From the NCBI GenBank assembly GCA_965242685.1, contig OZ251487.1:417199-481198 (forward strand): a stretch of 64,000 nucleotides of DNA. Reading direction: 5' to 3'. The notes under the pieces are model-generated. The model worked only from the letters and a program-made list of their open reading frames with translations, did no database searches and had not been told where the DNA came from. The position numbers and the translations under genes were made by a program. This DNA comes from Gammaproteobacteria bacterium. Lineage in GTDB: Bacteria > Pseudomonadota > Gammaproteobacteria > UBA4575. Below are positions 51,866-61,780 of this stretch, in pieces; position 1 is the stretch's first letter, and every line of letters starts with the position of its first letter.

Positions 51866-53626
51866 ATGTTTAGAGTCAGTGATACAATTTTGCGAATCCC
51901 TTGCAATATAATTCCGTACTATATAGGGCCGTTGGTAGTTGTTTCCAGCTTGGCAGGGTGTGTTTTACCGGACCCCGACGAGGGTTTAGTGCTCGGGGCG
52001 CCTTTCATTATCCATAATGCGCAAGCATCAAAGTACAGTACACAAGCGGATATTTTGTACGAAGTGTTGGCGGGAGAGCTATCCGGCCATCTCGGTGATA
52101 TCCAGCAAGCCCTACAGCATTACCTCCGTGCTGCTGATTTGACCGATGATCCGGCCGTGGCCGCCCGCGCGACCCGCATTGCCATGTTTGCCAGAGATTG
52201 GACGATGGGATTGCGTGCCGCAAACCGTTGGTCGGAACTGGCGAGCGATAATTTGGAAGCAAGCCAGGTACTTGGCGTGTTGGAATTGCGTAACGGCAAC
52301 GTGGATCGCGCGTTGCCACACTTTGAGAAGATTATGTCGATCGCGGAAGATTCGCCGGCCAAGGGATTCAGTATCGTAGGCGCCATACTGGCAAGTGAGT
52401 CTGATGTTTACGCTGCGTTGCGGCTACTTGAAAAATTGATGCAGAAGCATTTTGAAAATCCATACGGACACTTGGCGTTAGCGGGGCTTGCTTTTAAGGC
52501 CGGAGATTTTCAACGTGCGATCAATGAAAGCGAGACTGCTTTGGGTTTCAAGCCCGACCTGGTTGAGGCTCGCACGATGCGCGCTCAAGCCTTGATCAAT
52601 ATTGGGAAAACTGATCAGGCACTCCGGGAAATGGTACGCGCTATTGAAGAAGCCCCGGATAATCGCGAGATGAGGAAAGCATACGCACACATGTTACTAA
52701 CGGCGGAGAGATATGATGAAGCCGCGCGCGAGTTTGAAGCATTGCTTGCAGAGACCCCCAACGATGACGATTTGATTTACACACTTGGTCTATTGAGGTT
52801 TCAGCAGGAGAAATACGACGTCTCTCAGGCAAAATTTAATCGTCTGATTCAACGTGGCCAGCGTAAAGATGAAAGTCGCTATTATTTGGGTCGAATAGAA
52901 GAAGAACAAGGAAATCTACAGGCCGCCGTTAATGAATTCCAGCAGGTTGGGCATGGCCAATACTATATGAGTGCCAAGGCAAGAATTGCGGGACTGTACG
53001 TTGAGATTGACGGCTTGAAAAAGGCGCAACAATATTTGAGAGGTCTTCGTAACGACATCGATGTGCCGGAGAACATAGTCGAATTGTATTTGATTGAAGG
53101 ACAGTTATTGCATGATGAGAAACTTTATACAGCGACAATGGACCTCTATAGTAAAGGGCTACAGGAATTCCCGGGCCATAGCGACTTACTGTATGCGCGT
53201 GCCTTGATAGCTGAAAAAATTGATCGTATCGACTTGTTAGAGATTGATCTCAAGGCTATCCTTTCAGAAGACCCTGATAACGCGTCGGCCTTGAATGCCT
53301 TGGGATACACACTGGCCGACCGTAACTTCAGAATTAACGAGGCGTTTGGTTATATCAAGCGGGCGCTAGAAATTCGTCCAAATGATCCTGCGGTGATAGA
53401 CAGCATGGGCTGGGTACAGTTTCGTCTCGGCAACTATGTGGAGGCGGAGTCCTATTTACGCAAGGCTTACGGATTACTGGAAGATGCAGAAATCAGTGGC
53501 CATTGGTTTGAATTGCTATGGGCGAAAGGTGACTATGCAGAAGCACGCAAGATAATGGAAAAAGCGTTGCAAAGTTTTCCGGATGATGAATACCTGTTGG
53601 AGCTACAGAAAAAAATCCGTCAGTGA
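51866..53626 (+). CDS. Tetratricopeptide-repeat (TPR) protein, probably periplasmic/lipoprotein
   Basis: 586 aa; N-terminal hydrophobic segment then many TPR-like repeats (ALNALGYTLAD..., AYHMLLTAERYDEA...). Confidence 0.7.
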   Translation: MFRVSDTILRIPCNIIPYYIGPLVVVSSLAGCVLPDPDEGLVLGAPFIIHNAQASKYSTQADILYEVLAGELSGHLGDIQQALQHYLRAADLTDDPAVAARATRIAMFARDWTMGLRAANRWSELASDNLEASQVLGVLELRNGNVDRALPHFEKIMSIAEDSPAKGFSIVGAILASESDVYAALRLLEKLMQKHFENPYGHLALAGLAFKAGDFQRAINESETALGFKPDLVEARTMRAQALINIGKTDQALREMVRAIEEAPDNREMRKAYAHMLLTAERYDEAAREFEALLAETPNDDDLIYTLGLLRFQQEKYDVSQAKFNRLIQRGQRKDESRYYLGRIEEEQGNLQAAVNEFQQVGHGQYYMSAKARIAGLYVEIDGLKKAQQYLRGLRNDIDVPENIVELYLIEGQLLHDEKLYTATMDLYSKGLQEFPGHSDLLYARALIAEKIDRIDLLEIDLKAILSEDPDNASALNALGYTLADRNFRINEAFGYIKRALEIRPNDPAVIDSMGWVQFRLGNYVEAESYLRKAYGLLEDAEISGHWFELLWAKGDYAEARKIMEKALQSFPDDEYLLELQKKIRQ

Positions 53627-54264
53627 AATGCTTACCGATGAGGCTACCAAGTATACGTGTGTTCTGCTGTTTGTGGTTCGTCTGTCTGACGGCTGGGTGC
53701 GCCTTTGTTCAGGAGCGTCCGTCTCTACCCCCTGATTCAAGACTGGGTAAACAGGCTGCCTGGGAAGCACATCGGCAGCGTTTACAGCGTCTACAACACT
53801 GGGATTTCAAGGCTCGCATAGCCGGTAAATACAATGATGAAGGTTTTCGTGTCGGGGTGCGTTGGCGGCAACGGCGACAGCAGTTTGATATTGGTTTGCA
53901 CGGGCTATTAGGCAGGAGAATCGCCGTTATCAGCAGCAGAGAGGATGGCGTACAGATTGACACTGCCAAGGGCGGACGTCATTTTGCGCTCTCCTCCGAA
54001 GATTGGATACGGAATCTGCTTGGCTACTCTTTGCCGGTGAATAGTTTGCGTTACTGGGTGCGCGGCATTCCCGATCCGGGACAAGTGTATGTATCTTTGC
54101 AACTGGACGATCGCGGACGTTTGCAGCACCTTGAGCAGACGGGATGGCGGGTTGATTATAAACGTTACCATGACGATGAGCCTGCACTGCCTGCATTTAT
54201 CAATCTTACAAATGTAGACTTTACTGTAAAAATTGTTATTGATCGCTGGATGCAGGCGCGATGA
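53623..54264 (+). CDS. lolB: Outer-membrane lipoprotein LolB
   Basis: 213 aa; lipobox LTAGC; position upstream of ispE-prs as in many gammaproteobacteria. Confidence 0.8.
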   Translation: MKCLPMRLPSIRVFCCLWFVCLTAGCAFVQERPSLPPDSRLGKQAAWEAHRQRLQRLQHWDFKARIAGKYNDEGFRVGVRWRQRRQQFDIGLHGLLGRRIAVISSREDGVQIDTAKGGRHFALSSEDWIRNLLGYSLPVNSLRYWVRGIPDPGQVYVSLQLDDRGRLQHLEQTGWRVDYKRYHDDEPALPAFINLTNVDFTVKIVIDRWMQAR

Positions 54265-54294
54265 ATCCTTGATACGTTCTCCACCATACCATCC

Positions 54295-55185
54295 TTGCCG
54301 ATGTGTCGTGCATTGAACAAGAGTAATTCCATTAGTTTTTCCGAATGTACGTGGCCGGCGCCGGCAAAGCTGAATCTTTTTTTGCATATCGTTCGCCGGC
54401 GTAAAGATGGCTATCATGTGCTACAAAGCCTTATCCAGTTTATTGACCTTTGTGATCAACTGTTTTTCAGTGTTCGGTCAGACGGTGAGATAAAGTGTAG
54501 AAATTCAGATGGTACTATCCCGCAGAACAAGGAACTGTCGGTGCGCGCCGCTACGCTTTTGCAGCGATTTTGTACGGTTAGGCAAGGTGTCAGCATTCGG
54601 ATAAACAAGGCGATTCCCGCCTGCACGGGTTTAGGGGGCGGTAGCTCCGATGCGGCCACCACTTTGCTGGTGCTTAACCGGCTGTGGGACTGTGGGTTGA
54701 GGTCGGATGAACTTGAGGGTTTGGCGAGACAGATTGGTGCGGATGTGCCGGTATTCATTCGCGGGGTGGCTAGCTGGATAGAAGGGACGGGGGAGTGCTT
54801 GCAACCGGTATCCTTGCCTGAACCCTGGTATGTGGTGGTATTTACGGGCGTGCCGTTGAGCACTCGGCGGATGTTTGAATATCCTGACCTGGCACGTAAT
54901 TGTATGCCTATCACAATAAAAGACTTTACATGGCAGCATACTTGCAACGTATTCGAGCCGATTGCCCGTCAACAAAATCCCAAGGTGGAGCGCGCCTTTC
55001 GGTGGCTGAATCAATATGCTAATGCAAGGCTTACCGGATCGGGTGGTGCACTGTTTGCAAGGTTTGACACGTGGCGACAGGCGCGAAAGGTTGTAGCAGT
55101 TTGTCCTCAAGAGTTTACTGCCCGTGTTGTTAAGGGGCTAAATTGTTCGCCTATGTATTCGCTATGTGGGTATAATTCAGTATAG
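54295..55185 (+). CDS. ispE: 4-diphosphocytidyl-2-C-methyl-D-erythritol kinase
   Basis: 296 aa; GHMP kinase motif IPACTGLGGGSSDAATTLL; PAPAKLNLFLHI N-terminal motif. Confidence 0.9.
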   Translation: MPMCRALNKSNSISFSECTWPAPAKLNLFLHIVRRRKDGYHVLQSLIQFIDLCDQLFFSVRSDGEIKCRNSDGTIPQNKELSVRAATLLQRFCTVRQGVSIRINKAIPACTGLGGGSSDAATTLLVLNRLWDCGLRSDELEGLARQIGADVPVFIRGVASWIEGTGECLQPVSLPEPWYVVVFTGVPLSTRRMFEYPDLARNCMPITIKDFTWQHTCNVFEPIARQQNPKVERAFRWLNQYANARLTGSGGALFARFDTWRQARKVVAVCPQEFTARVVKGLNCSPMYSLCGYNSV

Positions 55186-55201
55186 TTCAGCACAGAGAAG
55201 T

Positions 55202-55276
55202 TGGGCCGTCGCCAAGTGGTAAGGCACCGGGTTTTGATCCCGGCATTCGCAGGTTCGAATCCTGCCGGCCCAGCCA
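55202..55276 (+). tRNA. tRNA-Gln (anticodon UUG)
   Basis: 75 nt cloverleaf: acceptor tgggccg/cggccca, anticodon stem ccggg/cccgg with loop ttTTGat, T-arm ggttcgaatcc; near-identical architecture to E. coli tRNA-Gln. Confidence 0.9.
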
Positions 55277-55351
55277 GTTTATACATTAATCAGGCAAACA
55301 GCTTCATATACTATGATCGGCCAGAAAGTCCCGCCATCTAATAGTAATTTG

Positions 55352-56287
55352 ATGGTGTTTTCAGGTAACGCACACCCGCAGCTTGCGCGAGACGTTGCCG
55401 ATTATCTGAACGTGCCGTTAGGCAAAATGTTGGTCAGCCGTTTCAGTGACGGGGAAATACAGGTGGAGATCCAAGAGAACGTGCGTGGCAGGGACGTATT
55501 TGTCGTGCAACCCACCAGTATGCCGACGAACGATAATATCATGGAATTGCTTATCATCGTGGATGCAATGAGGCGCTCTTCCGCGGAGCGCATTACCACG
55601 GTAATTCCGTACTTCGGCTACTCTCGCCAGGACCGGCGAGTACGTTCCATCCGTGTACCCATCTCGGCAAAAGTAATTGCCAACCTACTTTCCAGCGTCG
55701 GCACGGACAGGGTATTGACCGTTGACCTGCATGCTGACCAAATACAGGGTTTTTTCGATATTCCCGTCGATAATATTTATGCGTCTCCAGTGTTGTTGGG
55801 TGACGTATATAAACGCAAGCATCAGAACTTGATCGTGGTGTCGCCTGACGTGGGTGGCGTGGTACGAGCGCGGGCGTTGGCAAAGCGGCTGGATGATGCT
55901 GATCTGGCTATCATTGACAAACGGCGCCCGAAAACTAATCAAGCTGAAGTCATGCACGTTATCGGTGAGATAGAGGGTAAGTCTTGTGTCATCATTGACG
56001 ATTTGGTGGATACTGCCGGAACACTGTGTCAAGCGGCAAGTGCCCTTAAGGAACATGGTGCATTGAGCGTACAGGCATATGCTACGCATCCGGTGCTTTC
56101 AGGCAAGGCAGTTGAGAATATTGAAAAATCCGAGCTAGATGAATTAGTTGTAACTGATACAATCGCGCTGCGCGATGATGCAAAGGCATGTCCACGAGTG
56201 CGGCAACTGGAAGTTTCGGGATTGATTGCCGAATCTATACGGCGAATCAATCAGGAAGAGTCCGTTAGTACCCTGTATATGGACTAG
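55352..56287 (+). CDS. prs: Ribose-phosphate pyrophosphokinase
   Basis: ORF start trimmed to [12 protein letters not shown]; PRPP-binding motif [11 protein letters not shown]. Confidence 0.93.
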   Translation: MVFSGNAHPQLARDVADYLNVPLGKMLVSRFSDGEIQVEIQENVRGRDVFVVQPTSMPTNDNIMELLIIVDAMRRSSAERITTVIPYFGYSRQDRRVRSIRVPISAKVIANLLSSVGTDRVLTVDLHADQIQGFFDIPVDNIYASPVLLGDVYKRKHQNLIVVSPDVGGVVRARALAKRLDDADLAIIDKRRPKTNQAEVMHVIGEIEGKSCVIIDDLVDTAGTLCQAASALKEHGALSVQAYATHPVLSGKAVENIEKSELDELVVTDTIALRDDAKACPRVRQLEVSGLIAESIRRINQEESVSTLYMD

Positions 56288-56343
56288 CTAATACTGTACT
56301 TTTAATTGTAAAGGGTTTGGTTGAAAGCGACTGGAGAAGAGGA

Positions 56344-56997
56344 ATGGATATTGATTTTACTTTGACTGCGGAACGCCGCGATGAATTCGGCAAGAATGCG
56401 AGTAGAAGGCTGCGTAATGCAGGCAAGGTACCTGCGATAATCTATGGTGGGGGTGAATCGCCTGTTGCCGTTACTTTTGAACGTGATTCTCTGCTTCATC
56501 ATTTGGAACATGAAGCGTTTTGTTCGCACGTTCTGACCGTGCACGTCGACGGCAGCTCTCAAAAGGTGATTTTGCGAGAATTACAGCGTCACCCGTATAA
56601 ACCAAGCATATTACATATGGATTTGCTGCGAATTCGCGAGGACACGGCAATCAACGTGCACGTCCCTTTGCATTTTATCAATGAAGATGCTTGTCATGGC
56701 GTCAAACTTGAGGGCGGTGTAATCAGTCACAATCTATCCGAGATAGAGATATCATGTCTGCCAAAGGATTTGCCTGAGTTTATTGAGATTGACGTTCAGG
56801 GGCTTGGGTTGAATCAGGCTATTTATTTAAGCGACATTGATGTTCCACAAGGCGTAACGATTACCGAGCTTATTCACGGCGAAGAGCATGATCATCCGGT
56901 CGTGTCCGTACACGCCAAGCGCGTGGCTACCGAGGAAACACAGGAAGTTCACACGGAAACAGATGACGAATTCTCGGAGGATGAGTCTGTGCAATAG
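56344..56997 (+). CDS. rplY: 50S ribosomal protein L25 / general stress protein Ctc (long form)
   Basis: Start trimmed to MDIDFTLTAERR; RLRNAGKVPAIIYGG motif; acidic C-terminal extension. Confidence 0.9.
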   Translation: MDIDFTLTAERRDEFGKNASRRLRNAGKVPAIIYGGGESPVAVTFERDSLLHHLEHEAFCSHVLTVHVDGSSQKVILRELQRHPYKPSILHMDLLRIREDTAINVHVPLHFINEDACHGVKLEGGVISHNLSEIEISCLPKDLPEFIEIDVQGLGLNQAIYLSDIDVPQGVTITELIHGEEHDHPVVSVHAKRVATEETQEVHTETDDEFSEDESVQ

Positions 56998-57008
56998 ATT
57001 GGCTGGAC

Positions 57009-57599
57009 GTGTCTGAATCCGAAGGTATATGCCTCATTGTTGGGCTCGGTAATCCCGGTGAAGAGTATCAGGCGACCCGGCATAATGCCGGGTTTTGGTT
57101 CGTAGATGCCGTAGCGAAACGAGAAGGTGCAACGTTTGCACGGCAGGCTAAGGTCAATGGGGATGTCGCCCGTTTTACTTTTCAAGATAAAGAGATGTGG
57201 TTGTTCAAGCCACTTGCATACATGAATGAAAGCGGTGCAACACTTCGCACTTTTACTGATTTTTACAATATTCCGATGCGGCAAGTTCTGGTGGTGTACG
57301 ATGAGATAGATATTCCGAACGGCATGGTGAAACTGAAGTGGGCAGGCGGACATGGTGGTCACAATGGTTTACGTAGTATTTTTTCACACTTAGGTAAGGA
57401 TTTTTGGCGTTTGCGCATCGGTGTTGGGCATCCGGGCAGAAAAGATGACGTGACTGACTATGTGTTGAGTGTTCCAAATCGCGAGGAATTCACTGGCATT
57501 GTTACTGCTATTGAATATGTTTTAGTCATACTGGGCGATCTGCTTCAGGGCAAGACTGACGCCGTTATGAAAACCCTGCATACCCACACCAAGGACTAG
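57009..57599 (+). CDS. pth: Peptidyl-tRNA hydrolase
   Basis: LIVGLGNPGEEYQATRHNAGF and GGHNGLRSI motifs. Confidence 0.9.
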   Translation: MSESEGICLIVGLGNPGEEYQATRHNAGFWFVDAVAKREGATFARQAKVNGDVARFTFQDKEMWLFKPLAYMNESGATLRTFTDFYNIPMRQVLVVYDEIDIPNGMVKLKWAGGHGGHNGLRSIFSHLGKDFWRLRIGVGHPGRKDDVTDYVLSVPNREEFTGIVTAIEYVLVILGDLLQGKTDAVMKTLHTHTKD

Positions 57600-57602
57600 G
57601 GT

Positions 57603-58688
57603 ATGGGCTTTACGTGTGGTATCGTCGGTTTGCCGAATGTGGGTAAATCAACGTTGTTCAATGCGCTCACCGCCGCGAAAATTGCTGCAAAAAATTATCC
57701 TTTTTGCACGATTGATCCGAATGTAGGTAGGGTTCCTGTCCCGGATGTCCGTTTGCATAGGTTAGCTGAAATTGCAGGCTCGGCAAAAATTATTCCAACC
57801 ACAATAGAGTTTGTAGACATCGCAGGCTTGGTAGCAGGAGCTTCCAAGGGGGAAGGCTTGGGCAACCGATTTCTGGGACATATTCGGGAAACCGACGCCA
57901 TTGCGCACGTTGTCAGATGCTTTGATGATGAAGATGTGATTCACGTAGGTGGCAAAGTGGTCCCCCTGGAAGATTTACAGACGGTGAATACGGAGTTGAT
58001 CTTGGCTGATATGGAATCGGTTGAAAGAGCCGCGCATAAGGTTGAGCGTGCTGCTGGCTCCGGTGACAAAGAGGCACTGGCACGGGTTGACGTCTATAGT
58101 GCACTGCAACGGCATTTGGAAAGTGGACGCTTGGCAAACAGCTTCAGTGCCGGCGATAGTAAAGTATCTCTGGTCAATGAACTGTGTCTGATTACTCGAA
58201 AACCGGTATTTTACGTTGCTAATGTTGCGGAAGACGGGTTCACTGGCAACGCGTATCTGGATCAACTGAAACAAATCGCAAGGACGACTCAGGTCATTCC
58301 ATTTTGTGCAAAAACTGAGGCCGAGCTTGCACAATTGAGTGCGGAAGAAAGACGGGAATACCTGACGGAAATCGGATTAGATGAACCAGGTTTACATAAG
58401 CTAATTCGTACCGGGTATGAGACGTTGGAGTTACAAACTTTTTTTACTGCAGGGGTCAAAGAAGCCAAGGCCTGGACGATATCGCAAGGTGCCACGGCCG
58501 TACAGGCGGCAGGCAAGATTCATAGCGATTTTGCAAGAGGCTTTATCCGAGCGGAAGTGGTGAGCTACCCGGATTATGTGAATGCAAACGGTGAGCAAGG
58601 AGCCAAGGAGCAGGGGAAATGGCATCTGGAAGGTAAAGATTACGTTATGAATGAAGGCGACATCGTTCATTTTCGATTCAACGTTTGA
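57603..58688 (+). CDS. ychF: Ribosome-binding ATPase YchF
   Basis: 361 aa; GIVGLPNVGKSTLFNALT P-loop, TGS domain at C-terminus. Confidence 0.95.
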   Translation: MGFTCGIVGLPNVGKSTLFNALTAAKIAAKNYPFCTIDPNVGRVPVPDVRLHRLAEIAGSAKIIPTTIEFVDIAGLVAGASKGEGLGNRFLGHIRETDAIAHVVRCFDDEDVIHVGGKVVPLEDLQTVNTELILADMESVERAAHKVERAAGSGDKEALARVDVYSALQRHLESGRLANSFSAGDSKVSLVNELCLITRKPVFYVANVAEDGFTGNAYLDQLKQIARTTQVIPFCAKTEAELAQLSAEERREYLTEIGLDEPGLHKLIRTGYETLELQTFFTAGVKEAKAWTISQGATAVQAAGKIHSDFARGFIRAEVVSYPDYVNANGEQGAKEQGKWHLEGKDYVMNEGDIVHFRFNV

Positions 58689-58744
58689 GTGGATTGACGC
58701 TGTAGGAAACGTTTTAGTATGGTTTACAGTTAGGCTGATATGCG

Positions 58745-58817
58745 GCTATGTAGCTCAGTTGGTTAGAGCACAGCATTCATAATGCTGGGGTCGTTGGTTC
58801 AAGTCCAACCATAGCCA
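58745..58817 (+). tRNA. tRNA with CAU anticodon (elongator tRNA-Met, or tRNA-Ile2 if lysidinylated)
   Basis: Acceptor ggctatg/catagcc, D-arm tagctcagttggttagagc, anticodon stem cagca/tgctg with loop ttCATaa, T-arm ggttcaagtcc; anticodon stem lacks initiator GGG/CCC signature. Confidence 0.85.
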
Positions 58818-59103
58818 TCATCTTTCATATTTTCAGTCTGTCGCCATTTGTGGTTATGTGGTTCGTAAATCGAAAAATACTTTTCAGCCGCGGTTTTCAT
58901 GTGTATGCGATGTTTGGCGGATTTGAAATTGTGCGGCTTTAAGTTTACGATTTTTCCAGCTGAACAGAGAGTATGTGGAGTATAAAGGCAAGCAAACGAG
59001 TGTTATCTACTCGGTATTCTTTGAGTCGCTATACTGTCAACAAACATTTCATTCTGGCGCATTGATGTGATGTTTGTATGATGAACTGCTGGAGGAAAAT
59101 AAA

Positions 59104-59793
59104 ATGAGCACTATTCGGGATGCGTTGGTTATGCTGGCCGATCTTGGCGGGCCGGTTATTTTGATACTTTTAATTTTTTCCATAGTAGGTAGTGCCGTCG
59201 CTTTGCTAAAAGCCTGGCAGTTTTTATCGTTGCGTTTAGGGACGGTCAAGTTTGCCGAGACTGCTCTGCGATTTTGGCAAGAAAATGATGCGGAGAAAGC
59301 AGTCAGTTTGGTAAAGGACAGACGTCATCCCGTTGCGAAGGTGTTGCATACCGCCTTTACCTGTAGTCAACCCGAGTCTGCAATGTCAAGTGGACAAGCG
59401 CGTGAAGAGACCCTGCGCGTTGCATACGCACAACTTGAATCATTGCGGAGTTATTTGCGTATATTGGAAGTGGTTGCCTCGCTTAGCCCATTGTTGGGGT
59501 TGTTGGGTACCGTCCTCGGTATGATTGAAGTCTTTCGTGAATTGGAAATGGCAGGTAGCAGAATTGATCCCTCTCTCCTGTCGGGCGGCATCTGGGAGGC
59601 CTTGTTGACTACTTCGGTGGGACTGGCCGTTGCAATCCCTGCCATACTTGTAGTGAGCTATTTTGATCGTGTTATTGAGCGAGTCAGTCACCGTATAGAG
59701 GATGCCTCGACTCGAGTGTTCACCACCCATGATGACGTGCTGTGGGTGCGCGAACTCGGTTCATCCCGTAGCCCGAGCGTTTATCAAGCATGA
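59104..59793 (+). CDS. exbB: MotA/TolQ/ExbB proton-channel protein (ExbB)
   Basis: Start trimmed to MSTIRDALV after GGAGGAAAA SD; three TM helices; followed by two exbD and tonB. Confidence 0.85.
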   Translation: MSTIRDALVMLADLGGPVILILLIFSIVGSAVALLKAWQFLSLRLGTVKFAETALRFWQENDAEKAVSLVKDRRHPVAKVLHTAFTCSQPESAMSSGQAREETLRVAYAQLESLRSYLRILEVVASLSPLLGLLGTVLGMIEVFRELEMAGSRIDPSLLSGGIWEALLTTSVGLAVAIPAILVVSYFDRVIERVSHRIEDASTRVFTTHDDVLWVRELGSSRSPSVYQA

Positions 59794-59913
59794 CGACGTG
59801 TAGTAGTATGGGATTGCTTTCCCTTGCCGCCCATACGCTTGTTTGTAGTGAGCTGCAATTACGGAAACAGATGATGGCACAGGTTATGGCCAGTCACCTT
59901 TCGCCCTTTAAAG

Positions 59914-60324
59914 ATGCGAATTACTGCCGTTACCAATAAGCGTAATCTGGTCAACCTTACGCCGCTCATTGACGTGGTGTTTATCTTGTTGATTTTCTTT
60001 ATGCTGGTCACCAATTTCACACGACACGCCGGCATTACGCTGAACGTCGCGCAGGAAGAAGATGTTGTCGATCTTCAGCAAACAAGCTCGTTGATAAAGA
60101 TATCGGCCGCAGGCACGCTGTATTTCAACCAGCAGGAAACTGACTTGGAGCAGCTTGTTGGTTTAGTGAAAGAAAATTTGAGCAAAAATGCAAAACATAT
60201 CTTTTTTATTCAGCCTGCGGATGATCTGCCGTTGCAGAATACGATTCTGGTGCTTGATGAATTGATACCCGTCGCTTCAAAAAATATTTCATTTTTGCGT
60301 GATGAGGGGATGGATTCACCATGA
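59914..60324 (+). CDS. exbD: Biopolymer transport protein ExbD/TolR (copy 1)
   Basis: 136 aa; N-terminal motif NLTPLIDVVFILLIFFM. Confidence 0.85.
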   Translation: MRITAVTNKRNLVNLTPLIDVVFILLIFFMLVTNFTRHAGITLNVAQEEDVVDLQQTSSLIKISAAGTLYFNQQETDLEQLVGLVKENLSKNAKHIFFIQPADDLPLQNTILVLDELIPVASKNISFLRDEGMDSP

Positions 60325-60719
60325 TATTGGATACACCTCGTCAATCACGCGGCATGGAGAACATCCTGCCGCTTATCAACGTTATTTTCCTATTGCTGGT
60401 CTTTTTTATTCTAAGCGGTATCTTTGTAACCCCCGAGTTGTTTGAAGTGCATTTGCCCGAGTCCGTCAGTAAAGCCGAAACAGAAGATGGACCAATACAA
60501 ATTTTGTTGAGCAGAGACGGTATGCTTGCACACGGCGAGACGTTTATTACTCCACAGCAATTTCAACAGCTGCTTGCACAACAGAAGTTAAATAATTCTG
60601 AAGCACGGCTTCATGTCAAGGCTGATCGCAAGGTAGCAATGCGCGATGTGTTTGAAGTGATGGAAGCTATCAAGGAAGCTGGTTACGATAATTTTCAACT
60701 TCTGACGTTACAAAAATAA
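60321..60719 (+). CDS. exbD: Biopolymer transport protein ExbD/TolR (copy 2)
   Basis: 132 aa; ILPLINVIFLLLVFFIL motif; 4-nt overlap with preceding exbD. Confidence 0.85.
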   Translation: MILDTPRQSRGMENILPLINVIFLLLVFFILSGIFVTPELFEVHLPESVSKAETEDGPIQILLSRDGMLAHGETFITPQQFQQLLAQQKLNNSEARLHVKADRKVAMRDVFEVMEAIKEAGYDNFQLLTLQK

Positions 60720-60728
60720 TCAATCCTC

Positions 60729-61496
60729 ATGGAAATCAACGCAAGGCATTGGTTGATCATGATAGGTTTTTCCGTGATGGCTCATGGGTACGTGGTATGG
60801 CAATTGAATTTTTCTGAGCCTCCGAAAACTTCGGATGTTCTGACCCGGTACGTTATTGATCTCACCACTTTTCAATCCCCGCCAAAACCTGTCAAGTTGG
60901 AACCCTTCCAACCCCCGGTACTCAAGAAGACACCACCAGTCGCCACCAAATCTGAAATTGCTCCTAAACCTAAACCCAAGCCCAAACCCAAACCCAAACC
61001 TAAGCCCAAACCTGTTCTCCCGAAACCTGTTCCTAAAGTGGTTGAGCCTAAGTTTGAGCAGCCGGTAAAGCAATCGATAGCCGATCCTGTCCCACCGCCT
61101 TCCCCACCAGTGCGGCATTCAACGGATCAACCGCGTGCCTCTTCATCATCGGCACCTGCTTCACTCGGTAGTTCTTCGTCAAGTAACGCCGCTTCTACGC
61201 ATAATATCGAGAAAGCAAATTATCACCGACTTATCTTCCACAAGCTTAAGAAACTGAAGAGATATCCGGCGTCCGCTCGTCGTCGAGGCAACGAAGGAAC
61301 GGTGAAACTGATTTTTACATTGCGCAGGGATGGTAGTCTGGAAAGCTATAAAATTGCCGAAAGCTCCGGCTCAACCGTTCTTGACCGTGCAGTAGAGCGT
61401 CTCATTGAGCGGGCTACTCCATTTCCTCCCGTTCCGATCAGCGTAAGCAAGGGTTTGTATGAATTGTCCGTCGATATCTCATTCAAGCTAAGGTAG
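60729..61496 (+). CDS. tonB: Energy transducer TonB
   Basis: 255 aa; N-terminal TM anchor, Pro-rich (PKPKPK)n spacer, C-terminal TonB domain (YPASARRRGNEGTVKL). Confidence 0.85.
   Translation: MEINARHWLIMIGFSVMAHGYVVWQLNFSEPPKTSDVLTRYVIDLTTFQSPPKPVKLEPFQPPVLKKTPPVATKSEIAPKPKPKPKPKPKPKPKPVLPKPVPKVVEPKFEQPVKQSIADPVPPPSPPVRHSTDQPRASSSSAPASLGSSSSSNAASTHNIEKANYHRLIFHKLKKLKRYPASARRRGNEGTVKLIFTLRRDGSLESYKIAESSGSTVLDRAVERLIERATPFPPVPISVSKGLYELSVDISFKLR
60964..61013 (+). repeat. Low-complexity (cct/ccc-aaa-ccn) repeat encoding (PK)n spacer of TonB
   Basis: cctaaacctaaacccaagcccaaacccaaacccaaacctaagcccaaacct visible in sequence. Confidence 0.8.
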
Positions 61497-61780
61497 CTAC
61501 CAGTCCGATGTTTACTATATTTAATTGCCTTGAAATGGCTTGAGGAAACGATTTGTAGGGGTGGTAAAAATATGGATATGTAAGCAAAAAAAGAGATTGT
61601 AAAGCACCGATTTTATCTTTGTAGAGATATAGCATAACGGAATTTTATCAAATAAAGTTCCTACAAAGATTTATATATTCTATTTTAACGAGTATAATCA
61701 ACTATATTTTTTGGCCAACCCAATGGCTCATTTGCCGAGTTAAGCGGCACAATTTTTATTTTAATAACAAGGAATTTGAA

